Position numbers and translations under genes: made by a program
Shown: piece after piece, positions 1 through 9,018 of the stretch
Layout of the letters: each line of letters begins with the position of its first letter
How positions within the stretch are numbered: position 1 is the first letter of the stretch
Source: an uncultured Lachnospiraceae bacterium
GTDB lineage: Bacteria > Bacillota > Clostridia > Oscillospirales > CAG-272
Assembly (NCBI GenBank): GCA_964490165.1
Contig: CAZBAR010000003.1
Coordinates: forward strand, 42,463 to 106,462
Reading direction: 5' to 3'
Length of the DNA stretch: 64,000 bases
Notes under the pieces: generated by a model
Seen by the model: the letters and a program-made list of their open reading frames with translations, nothing else
Told to the model about the DNA's origin: nothing
The model's database searches: none

Positions 1-1309
1 CTATCATCGGTCTTTCCTCGGCGTTACCGCCGGAAACAGGAGAATCTATCGGATAATTAACAAGCTTTTCAGCCCCGCCGGCAGATTGAAAGCCGCCGAA
101 AGCAAGGTTATAGTCCCAGGGGATCATCTGCATCTGCCCGTCTTTTTCGTATAGATAGTAGTTGTGTATCATCGATCCCGTGTAGCTGTCGAAATTCAAA
201 ACAAAGTTATGCACGACAAAGTATCGGATGACCCGTTCAATATCCACCGCATCGGCAGCGTCCCCGCCGCTGCTCAGCTTTTTCAGAGCCTCAATAAGGC
301 GCTGCTGATCACTGTCGGACACGTCAGTCTTTGCGTTATTGAAGATGTTGGCGTAGCTGTCAGCGTCATCATCAATATATTTCAGCAGCACGTCGTCACT
401 GCCGTTTGTCCCTCTGCCTTCATCGCCTATCCTGTCTCCGTCGGGAATTTGACCGTCACCTTCAGGAATATCATTACCGTTTCCAAACATACTGTTTTTA
501 TCAAAACCGTTTTTGCCCGGCATATCGCCTTTGCCGAAACCGGTAAATTCCGCTGCGGCGCCGTCAGGCATTTGAGGAAAATCAAAACCTGTTTGACCGT
601 CATTATTCTCTTTTGAAAAATTTGAATCGTCCGAATTGCCGAAAAAGCCATTCATATCAAATTTTTCGCCGTTGCCTCGGCCGCCGCCCATTCCTGAGCT
701 GTCTGGCTTATAAAGCTCTCCGTATTCCTTGCCGTAGTTGCGTTGCAGAAATGCTTCTTCAATACCCTCGACCGCCAGATAGAGTCCCCAATCTTCACCG
801 TTCACAGTAATGCTTACATAGCTGCAAAGCGGCGCGGCAACACCCATCTGCGCCATCATCTGATATGTCAGATAATCCTTCATATACGTATTGTCCTGAA
901 TAATATTATTCAGACACAATTTATCCAGTCCGTAATAGCTTTTGGTGCTGTCATAATGATCGAATTCAATTTTGAAGCTGTACCGATCATTTCCGTACGA
1001 CTCTACCTGCGTAAGCGAGGTGTTGCCCTTAGCTCTGATCGCCACATTTTTATATGCCTCATTGTCGATCACAACAGTACAGGCAACATACTCCTCATTC
1101 TTGCACTCTGCAAGGAAGCCGTCCCAATCGTCCATTAAAATATCAATGGTATGAACAGTTGAGGTATCAAATAATTTATTCTCATATTCCCAGACAACAG
1201 GAATCTTCTGAACGCCGAAGACCTCGGCGTTGGCAAAAAGGATCGTCAGAAGCATGGTGACAGCCAGAACGACACAGCAGATACGATCAAAATGCTTATG
1301 CGTTGACAT
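1..1309 (-). CDS. CotH kinase family protein (partial; C-terminus beyond the left window edge)
   Basis: Missing from the ORF track because it is open at the window edge. My translation from ATG 1309 (GGAGG 6 nt upstream) gives MSTHKHFDRICCVVLAVTMLLTILFANAEVFG..., with no stop down to base 2. It has an N-terminal membrane anchor, CotH-like blocks (YSFKIEFDHY, HNYYLYEKDGQMQMIPWDYNLAFGG) and a Gly/Asp/Asn-rich insert. The plus-strand ORFs here are short shadow ORFs. Confidence 0.75.
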   Translation of the reverse strand, partial: MSTHKHFDRICCVVLAVTMLLTILFANAEVFGVQKIPVVWEYENKLFDTSTVHTIDILMDDWDGFLAECKNEEYVACTVVIDNEAYKNVAIRAKGNTSLTQVESYGNDRYSFKIEFDHYDSTKSYYGLDKLCLNNIIQDNTYMKDYLTYQMMAQMGVAAPLCSYVSITVNGEDWGLYLAVEGIEEAFLQRNYGKEYGELYKPDSSGMGGGRGNGEKFDMNGFFGNSDDSNFSKENNDGQTGFDFPQMPDGAAAEFTGFGKGDMPGKNGFDKNSMFGNGNDIPEGDGQIPDGDRIGDEGRGTNGSDDVLLKYIDDDADSYANIFNNAKTDVSDSDQQRLIEALKKLSSGGDAADAVDIERVIRYFVVHNFVLNFDSYTGSMIHNYYLYEKDGQMQMIPWDYNLAFGGFQSAGGAEKLVNYPIDSPVSGGNAEERPMI

Positions 1310-1320
1310 CTCGTGCCTCC

Positions 1321-1992
1321 TTAGCCCATATACTCGCCGTTGTAGCTGACAAGCACCGCGCTCTCTATGTTAGGAATAGCAGCCAGCGCATTGATAAAAT
1401 CCGTATTATCATTTTTCATACGTATTTCAAGATTAAGATCTATTCTGCCCTTTTGTGCGGTCTTGCTCTTTACTACACATTTGTCGACCTGCTTTTCAAG
1501 ATAATCCCTTGCCTTTTGCTCAGCGGCAGAATCGGCACACGCCAGAACGACAATATAGGGATTGCAGTAGGATTTCTTATTTACGAAAACAAGCAGAATA
1601 ACACCTATTATAACACTTCCTATCACCGCAAGGGGAAGCATACCGGCAGCCAGCACAATACCTACCGCAATAGACCAGAACAGAAAAGCAATCTCAAGAG
1701 GCTCCTTGATCGCGGTGCGGAAACGGACGATCGACAAAGCACCGACCATACCGAGAGAAAGAACGACATTTGAAGTTACGGCTAAAATAACAACTGTTGT
1801 TATCATTGTAAGCGCAACCAAGGTCGTTCCGAAGCTTGATGAATACATAACGCCCTGATACGTCTTTTTATATATCAGAAAAATAAACAGACCGATACCG
1901 AACGCCAGCACAAGAGCCAGCACCATATCAAGAATACTTACACTTGTAATATTCTCCAAAAAGCTTGATTTGAAAATGTCCTTGAAAGTCAT
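1321..1992 (-). CDS. DUF4956-type integral membrane protein
   Basis: 223-aa ORF with a multi-TM N-terminal half (LALVLAFGIGLFIFLIY, GMVGALSIVRFRTAIKEP) and a soluble C-terminal half. Its stop abuts the SD of the CotH gene. It sits between the VTC and CotH genes. Confidence 0.65.
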   Translation of the reverse strand: MTFKDIFKSSFLENITSVSILDMVLALVLAFGIGLFIFLIYKKTYQGVMYSSSFGTTLVALTMITTVVILAVTSNVVLSLGMVGALSIVRFRTAIKEPLEIAFLFWSIAVGIVLAAGMLPLAVIGSVIIGVILLVFVNKKSYCNPYIVVLACADSAAEQKARDYLEKQVDKCVVKSKTAQKGRIDLNLEIRMKNDNTDFINALAAIPNIESAVLVSYNGEYMG

Positions 1993-2025
1993 AATTATTT
2001 ACTCCTTTAATGATCTCATTAAATT

Positions 2026-2697
2026 TTAACCGTATATTCTGCAAGCGGCATATTTGGAAAATACACCGACCCGACAGCCTTCAAGCTGCACCGCGTCCCG
2101 AATGATATCAGGCAAATATTCATCCCACTTTACTTCTAAAATTATGGGGTCGCCGGTAACAGGGACGGTCGGGCTGCTGAAATCGAAGAAACCGCCCGTC
2201 TGCATTCCGCTTCTGATATTATAATCCAAAGTAACGCGAACATTACCCGGTACAAAAACAAACGCCTCTCTTGTGTAATCAACGATCGTTTTCGGGCGAA
2301 GCCCCTGACTTGTCATTTTGCTGTAAAGCTCCGTTATAAGCGAAGCTCCGCATGATCTCATCCATTTAAGATCACCGTCAAGGATCGCCTGTACCTGCTC
2401 TGCTGTCAAAGGCTCACTTTCTTTAAGGCAGAGTCCGTTCACCTTGCTTTTCTTTTCCAGTCTTATAAAGGACAGATCGCCGTTATAATACCGTATACGG
2501 AATTTTTCACGGATATTCACACCGTCCAGCTTCTCTCTCAGCGCCTTATCTGTCAGCGTATCAAAATAGAGGCTTCGGACTTCATATTTTCCGTTTACAG
2601 AATGGACGTCTCTGACTGTCAGAACAGAAAGTCTGGATCTTAATCCTGACATATCGCCGTAACATATCTCGTGCTTCCATTCATGTCGGTATTTCAT
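2026..2697 (-). CDS. VTC-domain (polyphosphate-polymerase-like) protein
   Basis: 223-aa ORF opening MKYRHEWKHEI..., which fits the size and N-terminal signature I associate with bacterial VTC-domain proteins. It lies 33 nt upstream of the DUF4956 gene. No search was run. Confidence 0.65.
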   Translation of the reverse strand: MKYRHEWKHEICYGDMSGLRSRLSVLTVRDVHSVNGKYEVRSLYFDTLTDKALREKLDGVNIREKFRIRYYNGDLSFIRLEKKSKVNGLCLKESEPLTAEQVQAILDGDLKWMRSCGASLITELYSKMTSQGLRPKTIVDYTREAFVFVPGNVRVTLDYNIRSGMQTGGFFDFSSPTVPVTGDPIILEVKWDEYLPDIIRDAVQLEGCRVGVFSKYAACRIYG

Positions 2698-2780
2698 TTT
2701 TTCACTTCCTTTGCTTTGATTTTATACATAGAGATCGCCATTTTGCCGCACTGCGGCGGCACAAATTATAAAAAATCAGG

Positions 2781-3021
2781 CTGTCGAAAAACTAGATTGC
2801 TGTAGCAAAATAACTAAAAGTTTTGGTCAAGCTTTTTCAAAAGCTTGTGGGTTTTTAGGGCAACGCCCTAAATCGATCGCCGCAGCGATCGAAATCCTAA
2901 GACTGACCGGAGTCCAGAGGGTCGTACTTCCCGCCGTGGCGGGAATGTACTTGGGCAGCGGCTCGCAAGCCGCGAAATTCCCTTTTTGTGCATTTTGCTA
3001 TTTCTATGGACTTTTTCGACA
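2781..3021 (-). repeat. MITE-like intergenic element with terminal inverted repeats and a cargo of five mini-hairpins (related copy at 44189-44350)
   Basis: The ends CTGTCGAAAAACTAGAT... and ...ATGGACTTTTTCGACAAG form the inverted repeat TGTCGAAAAA. About 46 nt at each end align at roughly 80-85 percent with the ends of the 44189-44350 copy in opposite orientation. The interior holds the hairpins AAGCTTT/AAAGCTT, TTTAGGGC/GCCCTAAA, CGATCGC/GCGATCG, TTCCCGCC/GGCGGGAA and GCGGCT/AGCCGC. Confidence 0.7.
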
Positions 3022-3026
3022 AGCTC

Positions 3027-3062
3027 AAAAAATCTCCTGTGTTTACACACAGGAGATTTTTT
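3027..3062. terminator. bidirectional intrinsic terminator downstream of the histidine kinase gene
   Basis: AAAAAA-TCTCCTGTGT-ttac-ACACAGGAGA-TTTTTT: a perfect 10-bp stem flanked by an A-run and a T-run. Confidence 0.7.
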
Positions 3063-3167
3063 GCGTGAAATAATTGTATAAAAGTCTGATCTAATGTATT
3101 TTTCACGCGCTCCTGTACCTGACTGCTGTCATTGTACAGGAGGAAGATTGAAGTTTGATTGAAGATA

Positions 3168-4421
3168 TTAAAAATTTTTGATAGGTATTTGAGCCTTAAA
3201 TTCTACCAAGCCGTTATTACATTGAACACTGATCTTTCCGCCGTGTGCAATAACGATCGCCTTTGCAATGGCAAGCCCCAAGCCGTAATGACCATCGTCA
3301 CCGTTTCTGACAGTATCGATGCGGTAAAACCGCTCAAACAGCTTTGCCTGCTGCTCCGCCGGGATCTCTGCGCCTGAATTTATTACAGACAGCTTTGCAT
3401 ATCCGTGTTCTGCTTTGAGAATAAGTCTGACCTCATCGCCGCTGCCGTGTCTTATTGCATTATCTAACAAAATGGAGATAAGCTGTTTTATCTGAACGCT
3501 GTTTCCTGCAATAAAAATATTTTCATCAATGCTGCAATTCAGCCGAAGCCCGTTTTCAAATGCCACGCTTTCAAAAGGTAGTGCTTCTCCGTTGACTATC
3601 TGAGTGAGATCTATATGCTCAGTCAGCGGTGCAGCATTTTCAACACGGGACAGCTCAAGCAGCTGCGTTACCAATACTCCCATACGCTCATTTTCATATT
3701 GAATATTGGCAAGCCAGCGGTTATCACCCAATTCTCTGGCTAAAAGCTCCGCATTGGTGCTGACAACGGATATAGGCGTTTTTAATTCATGCCCCGCATC
3801 GGAAATGAACTGCTTTTGCTTCTCATAGCTTGCTTCAAGCGGCTGAACGATCCGTCTTGCAAGATAAACTGCCAGACGGAACAGCGCAACTATTGCCAGC
3901 CCTCCGAAGATCAGAGTATACCGAAACAGAGTATTCATGCTCTCGTTGATTATAGTGTTGTCCTTAAAGGCGACCAGCATATAGCGGCCTTTATCCATAG
4001 TGTAATAAGCGAGATCGTTTTTGACACCGGCTGTTTTATTTTTACTGATAAGCTCGCGTGCGAGGCTCTCCAGCTCACTGTCGCTGTGCACCGTTTGCTG
4101 CGGATTTCTGATCTCTATGACCTCTCCGTCATAAGTCATGGCAACTGTATAAAAGGTGGATAGCTGAAATGAAGGGGACTCCGAAAAGCCCGGTCTTCCC
4201 CTGTTTGGCTCAGCTGCGGCAGGCGGCGGAGCATTAAAAAACTGCTGTGATAAAATATGTCGCTCGGCGTGCTCTGCCAGCATTTCCTTGTTCTGCTCTG
4301 ACATATCAAAATAGCTGAACGCATAGATAACAGAAAGCGTTCCCACCCACAAAAGCACCAGCACCGTCATAATGGCGGCAACGATCTTTCTTCTGGACGT
4401 CTTAAACATTCTTATTACCAC
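3168..4421 (-). CDS. sensor histidine kinase (two TM segments, periplasmic loop, HisKA + HATPase_c)
   Basis: 417-aa ORF with H-box SDAGHELKTPISVV, N-box LLDNAIRHG and G-box GLGLAIAKAIV. One TM helix at the N-terminus and a second near residue 170. Confidence 0.9.
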   Translation of the reverse strand: MVIRMFKTSRRKIVAAIMTVLVLLWVGTLSVIYAFSYFDMSEQNKEMLAEHAERHILSQQFFNAPPPAAAEPNRGRPGFSESPSFQLSTFYTVAMTYDGEVIEIRNPQQTVHSDSELESLARELISKNKTAGVKNDLAYYTMDKGRYMLVAFKDNTIINESMNTLFRYTLIFGGLAIVALFRLAVYLARRIVQPLEASYEKQKQFISDAGHELKTPISVVSTNAELLARELGDNRWLANIQYENERMGVLVTQLLELSRVENAAPLTEHIDLTQIVNGEALPFESVAFENGLRLNCSIDENIFIAGNSVQIKQLISILLDNAIRHGSGDEVRLILKAEHGYAKLSVINSGAEIPAEQQAKLFERFYRIDTVRNGDDGHYGLGLAIAKAIVIAHGGKISVQCNNGLVEFKAQIPIKNF

Positions 4422-4474
4422 TCCTTTCTCCGTATCTGTGGCAGTTTTCAGTCGGCAAAAGCCGTGCCGATAAT

Positions 4475-5170
4475 CTACAGGTCTTCACCTTCAGACCTGT
4501 ACCTCAATTCATATCCAACACCGCGAACTGCCTTGATCTCAGCTTTTGCTTCTACAAATGAAAGCTTTTTTCTGGTAAAGGACATATAGACTTCTACATT
4601 GTTATATTCCGCCTCACTGTCAAAGCCCCATATCTTTACGGCAAGCTGTTCGCGGGTCAGAATTTGTCCGCTGTTGGCAATAAGATATTCAAGGATCCGG
4701 TATTCCTTTTCACTGAGCCTTACGCTTTTAGCATTTGTAACGCAGGACAGGGACGATGTGTTGGTATCCAGCGCTATATCTCCGTACTCAAGCATTCCGT
4801 CCGGTGTGTTTATAGATCGCCTGCACAGGGCGCGAAGCCGCGCAAGCAGCTCTTTTGTCATAAACGGCTTGATGAGGTAATCATCTGCCCCGCTGTCAAG
4901 TCCTGCGACCTTATCGTCAAGCTCGCTCTTTGCCGTCAGCATCAGAACCGGAGTTTTGACACCGTTCATACGCGCCTTTTTCACTATCTCAAAGCCGTTC
5001 ATTCCCGGCAGCATCACATCAAGGACGGCAACATCAAAAATATTGCTCTCCAATGCCGCCAGACCGTCTGTGCCGTTAGAGCAGTGATCCACTTCATACT
5101 TTTCAAGCCGCAGGAGCTCGCAAAGCGCCTGCGCCATTCTCTTTTCATCTTCAACAAGTAAAATCCTCAT
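4475..5170 (-). CDS. OmpR-family response regulator
   Basis: MRILLVEDEKRM..., receiver Asp context VLDVMLPGMNG, and a winged-helix C-terminus (RGVGYELR). I moved the start to ATG 5170 (GGAGGTGTCGT upstream); the 30-aa extension in the track looks spurious. Confidence 0.9.
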   Translation of the reverse strand: MRILLVEDEKRMAQALCELLRLEKYEVDHCSNGTDGLAALESNIFDVAVLDVMLPGMNGFEIVKKARMNGVKTPVLMLTAKSELDDKVAGLDSGADDYLIKPFMTKELLARLRALCRRSINTPDGMLEYGDIALDTNTSSLSCVTNAKSVRLSEKEYRILEYLIANSGQILTREQLAVKIWGFDSEAEYNNVEVYMSFTRKKLSFVEAKAEIKAVRGVGYELRYRSEGEDL

Positions 5171-5299
5171 ACGACACCTCCGTTTGATACTAAGTATACC
5201 ATAAAAAATTGAAGAATGATTGAAAATTCCGAGATTATCGGCAGAAATGATCATAAACATATTTCAGCAGTTTGAGCGACTATAACTTTTACCAAAACA

Positions 5300-5328
5300 T
5301 TGATTATCAAATAAGAATATGTTATAAT
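5300..5328 (+). promoter_or_regulatory. sigma-A-type promoter for the nitroreductase gene
   Basis: TTGATT, 17 nt, TATAAT, with TGT immediately 5' of the -10 box (extended -10). Confidence 0.5.
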
Positions 5329-5376
5329 GCGTTCATGATAATCCGCAGATCGCACGTAAGAAAAAGGAGTACAGCA

Positions 5377-5904
5377 ATGACAGTTGCAGAAGCTACCAAG
5401 AAAAGAAGCTCCACAAGAAGCTTTACAACACAGACAGTTACCGATAATGAAATTCAGGCACTGCTGAATGCCGGCTTGCAGGCACCGACTGCAACAAACC
5501 GGCAGGAGATACATTTTTCCGTATTAAACGGCGATGATCCCTTGTTGAAAGAGATCGAGGACGAAAAGAACCGTTTGCGCGGCATTACCGAACCAAAACA
5601 GAACTTTTATTACAATGCTCCGACAGTTATAATTCTCAGTGCCGACAGAGAATTCAAGTGGAGCCCTGTTGATGCGGGAATAGCAGTTCAAAGCATAGCT
5701 CTTGTAGCAGAAGGGCTCGGACTCGGCAGCCTGATTATAGGCTGCATTTACGATGCGCTGCGGGGAGAAAAAAGAACATATTTTGAAAAGGCGCTGAGCT
5801 TTCCCGACGGAAATGAATACGAGATTGCAATTGCCATAGGGCATAAGGCTGCTGAAAAAGAGCCCCATACATATAATGCGGCAGATCAGGTATCATATCT
5901 CTGA
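5377..5904 (+). CDS. nitroreductase family protein
   Basis: MTVAEATKKRSSTRSF... (the S-x-R-x-F FMN-binding opening typical of the family), then LNAGLQAPTATNRQ. Start moved to ATG 5377, behind AAAAGGAG. Confidence 0.8.
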   Translation: MTVAEATKKRSSTRSFTTQTVTDNEIQALLNAGLQAPTATNRQEIHFSVLNGDDPLLKEIEDEKNRLRGITEPKQNFYYNAPTVIILSADREFKWSPVDAGIAVQSIALVAEGLGLGSLIIGCIYDALRGEKRTYFEKALSFPDGNEYEIAIAIGHKAAEKEPHTYNAADQVSYL

Positions 5905-5961
5905 TCTGAATAAGGGCATATCTGCCTATAAAAAAGCCAAAGAAAGGAACGGAATTTAATT

Positions 5962-7761
5962 ATGATAAATGTAATTCCAACACCCAAAAGTATTAAAGAA
6001 GACTACGGCCGCTTTAAGGCGCAGGATATTTCTGTATGCGTCAATTCCGATGCTGACAAAAGGGTCATATCCGCCGCTGCGACCCTTTGCAAAGAGCTCG
6101 GAGCTCTGTCTCATTCGTATATTCCGCTGATCTCATCATCTCCGGAAAGCTGCAATGTAATAATAGCTCACGGCGAGGGCGGCGAGGGATACACCCTCAG
6201 TGTGAATGAAGACAGGATCTGCATATCCGGTGAGGGACCTGCCGGCGCTTTTTACGGCATACAGACCCTGCGTCAGCTTCTGAAGACGGACGGTCTGTCA
6301 GTTCCCTGCTGTCAGATAGACGACGCTCCCGACCTTACCTACAGAGGCTTTTACCACGACATATCACGCGGCAGAGTAAACCGTCTCGAGACTCTCAAAA
6401 AAATAGCGGATATGCTCTCCTACTTCAAAATGAATTCCTTGCAGCTTTATGTGGAAGCAGCCTTTACCTTTAAGGAGCTGGAGGGTATCTCAACAGACGA
6501 AAACGCCCTTACACCCGAAGAAATTCTGGAGCTTGACGAATACTGCTACAACAGATTTATTGACCTGGTCCCTTCCCTCTCCACCTTCGGTCACCTGTTC
6601 ACACTGCTGCAAAGCGAAAAGTACAGCGATATATGCGAGCTTGGTCCTCATAAAATCACGAGAAACTACTGGCTTGAGCGTCAGTGGCATCACACCGTTG
6701 ACGTTTATAATCCCCGTACCATACAGGTAATAGGAAGTATGCTTGAACAGTACATCCCCCTGTTCCGCTCAAAATACTTCAATATCTGCTGCGACGAGAC
6801 ACTTGACCTGTGCAGCGGAAAGAACAAGGGCAAGGACAAAGGCGAAGCCTACTTCCATCACCTTGACAAGCTGATCGAAATAGTAAAATCCCACGGCAAA
6901 ATCCCCATGATATGGGGAGACGAATGTATGTCAAAGCCTGAAATGGCGAAGCAGCACGTACCGGGCGATACTGTCATACTCAACTGGTGCTATCACAAGG
7001 AGGTCAACGAGTGGATCCCTAAGTTCTACTACGATCTCGGTTTCAATCAGATCGTATGCCCCGGCACCTCCTGCTGGGATAACTTTGTTGAGAATATCGA
7101 CATATCCATTGGAAATATATCGGATTTTGCCGCACACGCTAAAAAATACGGCGCTCTCGGTATGCTCAACACCAACTGGGGTGACTTCGGACATATCTGC
7201 TCCTTTAACTGCAACCTGTACGGCGCGCTTTTCGGAGCTCAGAAAAGCTGGAATGTTGACGCGCCCACCGACACGGAATTTGAAAAAGCCGCAACGCTGC
7301 TTATGTATGACACAGAGAATTTCAACATAGCAAACGTACTGCGAAAGCTCAGCGAAGCCGCTTACACCTGCTCATGGGATAATTTTGTCGTATGGCACAG
7401 CGCCGTCACACTTGAGGGAAAAGACGAAATGCTGCGCCTCTACGGCAAGGATGGCTATTACCCCGAAGACAACATAAATTCCGCAGAGCTGTGCAGACAG
7501 GCGATAGACGAGCTTGCCTCGCTGAACGTGGCAGATAAGAGAATAAAAGACCTTATTCTCGGCGCCAAAGGTATCGAGCTTATGAACAGAGAATACCTCT
7601 ATGTAAATAAAGCCGAGGGCTTCTGCGACGGAGATGCACTGCAAGCCGAATTTGACGAGTGGCTTAAAGAGTACAGCGCGTCATGGCTGGAAAGCTGCAA
7701 GCCCTCCGATCTCTCCATTCTTCAGGAGTTTATCGGGAATATTACAAAGATAGAAAAGTAA
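5962..7761 (+). CDS. GH20 beta-N-acetylhexosaminidase-like glycoside hydrolase
   Basis: 599 aa with an N-terminal GH20 b-domain-like region (GEGYTLSV...GAFYGIQTLRQL), IDDAPDLTYRGFYHDISRG and a putative catalytic D-E pair in NICCDE. No signal peptide is obvious. Confidence 0.7.
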   Translation: MINVIPTPKSIKEDYGRFKAQDISVCVNSDADKRVISAAATLCKELGALSHSYIPLISSSPESCNVIIAHGEGGEGYTLSVNEDRICISGEGPAGAFYGIQTLRQLLKTDGLSVPCCQIDDAPDLTYRGFYHDISRGRVNRLETLKKIADMLSYFKMNSLQLYVEAAFTFKELEGISTDENALTPEEILELDEYCYNRFIDLVPSLSTFGHLFTLLQSEKYSDICELGPHKITRNYWLERQWHHTVDVYNPRTIQVIGSMLEQYIPLFRSKYFNICCDETLDLCSGKNKGKDKGEAYFHHLDKLIEIVKSHGKIPMIWGDECMSKPEMAKQHVPGDTVILNWCYHKEVNEWIPKFYYDLGFNQIVCPGTSCWDNFVENIDISIGNISDFAAHAKKYGALGMLNTNWGDFGHICSFNCNLYGALFGAQKSWNVDAPTDTEFEKAATLLMYDTENFNIANVLRKLSEAAYTCSWDNFVVWHSAVTLEGKDEMLRLYGKDGYYPEDNINSAELCRQAIDELASLNVADKRIKDLILGAKGIELMNREYLYVNKAEGFCDGDALQAEFDEWLKEYSASWLESCKPSDLSILQEFIGNITKIEK

Positions 7762-7770
7762 TAGTTAATG

Positions 7771-7811
7771 AAAAAAATCTGACAGGCAAATTTCGCCTGT
7801 CAGATTTTTTG
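7771..7811. terminator. bidirectional terminator between convergent genes
   Basis: AAAAAA-ATCTGACAGGC-aaatttc-GCCTGTCAGAT-TTTTT: an 11-bp perfect stem. Confidence 0.75.
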
Positions 7812-7828
7812 TTGTTTTACTGTGCCTA

Positions 7829-8896
7829 TCAAGGCAGGCGAATATCGTCGCGTGTCATCTGAAGCTCAAGCCATGCAAAAAGCTGCTCGATCTTCGCTTC
7901 ATCGTCCTTTATCAGCTTTATTTCACTCACATGATGCCACCAAAATGAGTTCATATATCTGAACAATACAGGAAAAGCTTTACGCTCCTCATCAGAGTAG
8001 TTATAGAATTCTTCAATACACCTGAGATTACGGAGAAAAGCGTCGATGCGTCTTTTATCAAGCTCTTCATCATACAAAAACAACCATCTTCCGGAGCTGT
8101 CAAAAAGTCTTTCTTCCCATATCTGCCACAAAGCAGCACGAACAGAATAGTTAAGTACAGGTTCCATGCCGCACAGATTAAAGTCTATCAAGCCCTCAAA
8201 ACCATATTGTGCGTTGATCAAAACATTATTACTGCCGAGATCCCCCTGAAAACAAGATACAGGCAGCGATGCATAGATCTTACGCAACTCCTCTTGATTT
8301 TTATAGAACAGATCAAGCAGTTTTTCAGCACGTGAACAATATTCCGGAAGTTCCTTTTTTACAAAATCAAAGAATTGCTCAGCACATTCAGTAGCTTCGT
8401 CTGTTGTGTCCGGAGCGGAGTGAGGTTCAAGCAGACAATAAGCCGAGCCAAACGGCAGGAAATCAAAGTGTGCTGCGGATACCTTACCCAAGGAGCGCAG
8501 CATGTCATAAACGTAAACAGGTGTACCTGTTTCATCCTTTTTAAGTTCATTCTCCAAGCTCTCGGCAATATCAAATTTTGCAAATTCCTCGGCATGAACA
8601 CAAAAAGTTCTGCCGTTTTCTGTATATTGATAAACAACATCCCCGTTTTTATTAGGTATAATATCGGGACAGTAAATACCCAGCTTATTGTACTCAGCTA
8701 TCAGCCTTTGCCAACCGCGTATACGTTCTGCGTTTGTAAAAGCATTAGAAGCATGCTTTATAACAAGCTTTCTGTTTCCGTCATCCGTAATATATACTTT
8801 GCGAAAATCCTTATCGCCTCGGCATAGATCAAGTGTTTCAATATTTTCGGGAACAGTATCATAGTACAAAAGAAACAATTCTTTCTCAATATCCAT
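7829..8896 (-). CDS. phosphotransferase (APH / choline-kinase-like) family protein
   Basis: 355 aa with a kinase-like core: VIKH (Lys), a Brenner-type motif with Q in place of H (FQGDLGSNNVLI), and GLIDFNLCG. Confidence 0.6.
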   Translation of the reverse strand: MDIEKELFLLYYDTVPENIETLDLCRGDKDFRKVYITDDGNRKLVIKHASNAFTNAERIRGWQRLIAEYNKLGIYCPDIIPNKNGDVVYQYTENGRTFCVHAEEFAKFDIAESLENELKKDETGTPVYVYDMLRSLGKVSAAHFDFLPFGSAYCLLEPHSAPDTTDEATECAEQFFDFVKKELPEYCSRAEKLLDLFYKNQEELRKIYASLPVSCFQGDLGSNNVLINAQYGFEGLIDFNLCGMEPVLNYSVRAALWQIWEERLFDSSGRWLFLYDEELDKRRIDAFLRNLRCIEEFYNYSDEERKAFPVLFRYMNSFWWHHVSEIKLIKDDEAKIEQLFAWLELQMTRDDIRLP

Positions 8897-9018
8897 TTCA
8901 TCAACTCCTTACTTTTGAAAAACGGGGCTGCTGCAAATAATAAAAGAATCACAGCAGTCCTTTCTCTGCGTAAAATGCTGTTAAATTCAGTACGTCTGCA
9001 AATCAGACAAAAATCAAG

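Noticed and set aside
164-1260. Several 60-150-aa plus-strand ORFs at the left edge
   Set aside because: A single uninterrupted minus-strand frame (the CotH-like protein, start 1309) covers the whole region and has a strong SD. The track omits it only because it is open at the window edge.
2781-3021. Possibility that the hairpin-rich elements (also 14847-15048 and 44189-44350) are tRNA, SRP, 6S or other known small RNA genes
   Set aside because: There is no cloverleaf, no conserved tRNA T-loop or anticodon-arm pattern, and no SRP domain IV or tmRNA-like motif. The terminal inverted repeats and variable interiors fit dispersed repeats better. A covariance-model scan is still needed for certainty.
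7785-7799. Identical 15-mer GGCAAATTTCGCCTG in the terminator at 7785-7799 and in the dapF|dapL cassette (35704-35718); also similar AAACCGTCAC...GTGACGGTTT terminators at 24882 and 44352
   Set aside because: There are on the order of 4e9 position pairs (both strands) and 4^15 is about 1e9, so a few identical 15-mers are expected by chance in 64 kb. The matches are suggestive of shared hairpin modules but not significant on their own.
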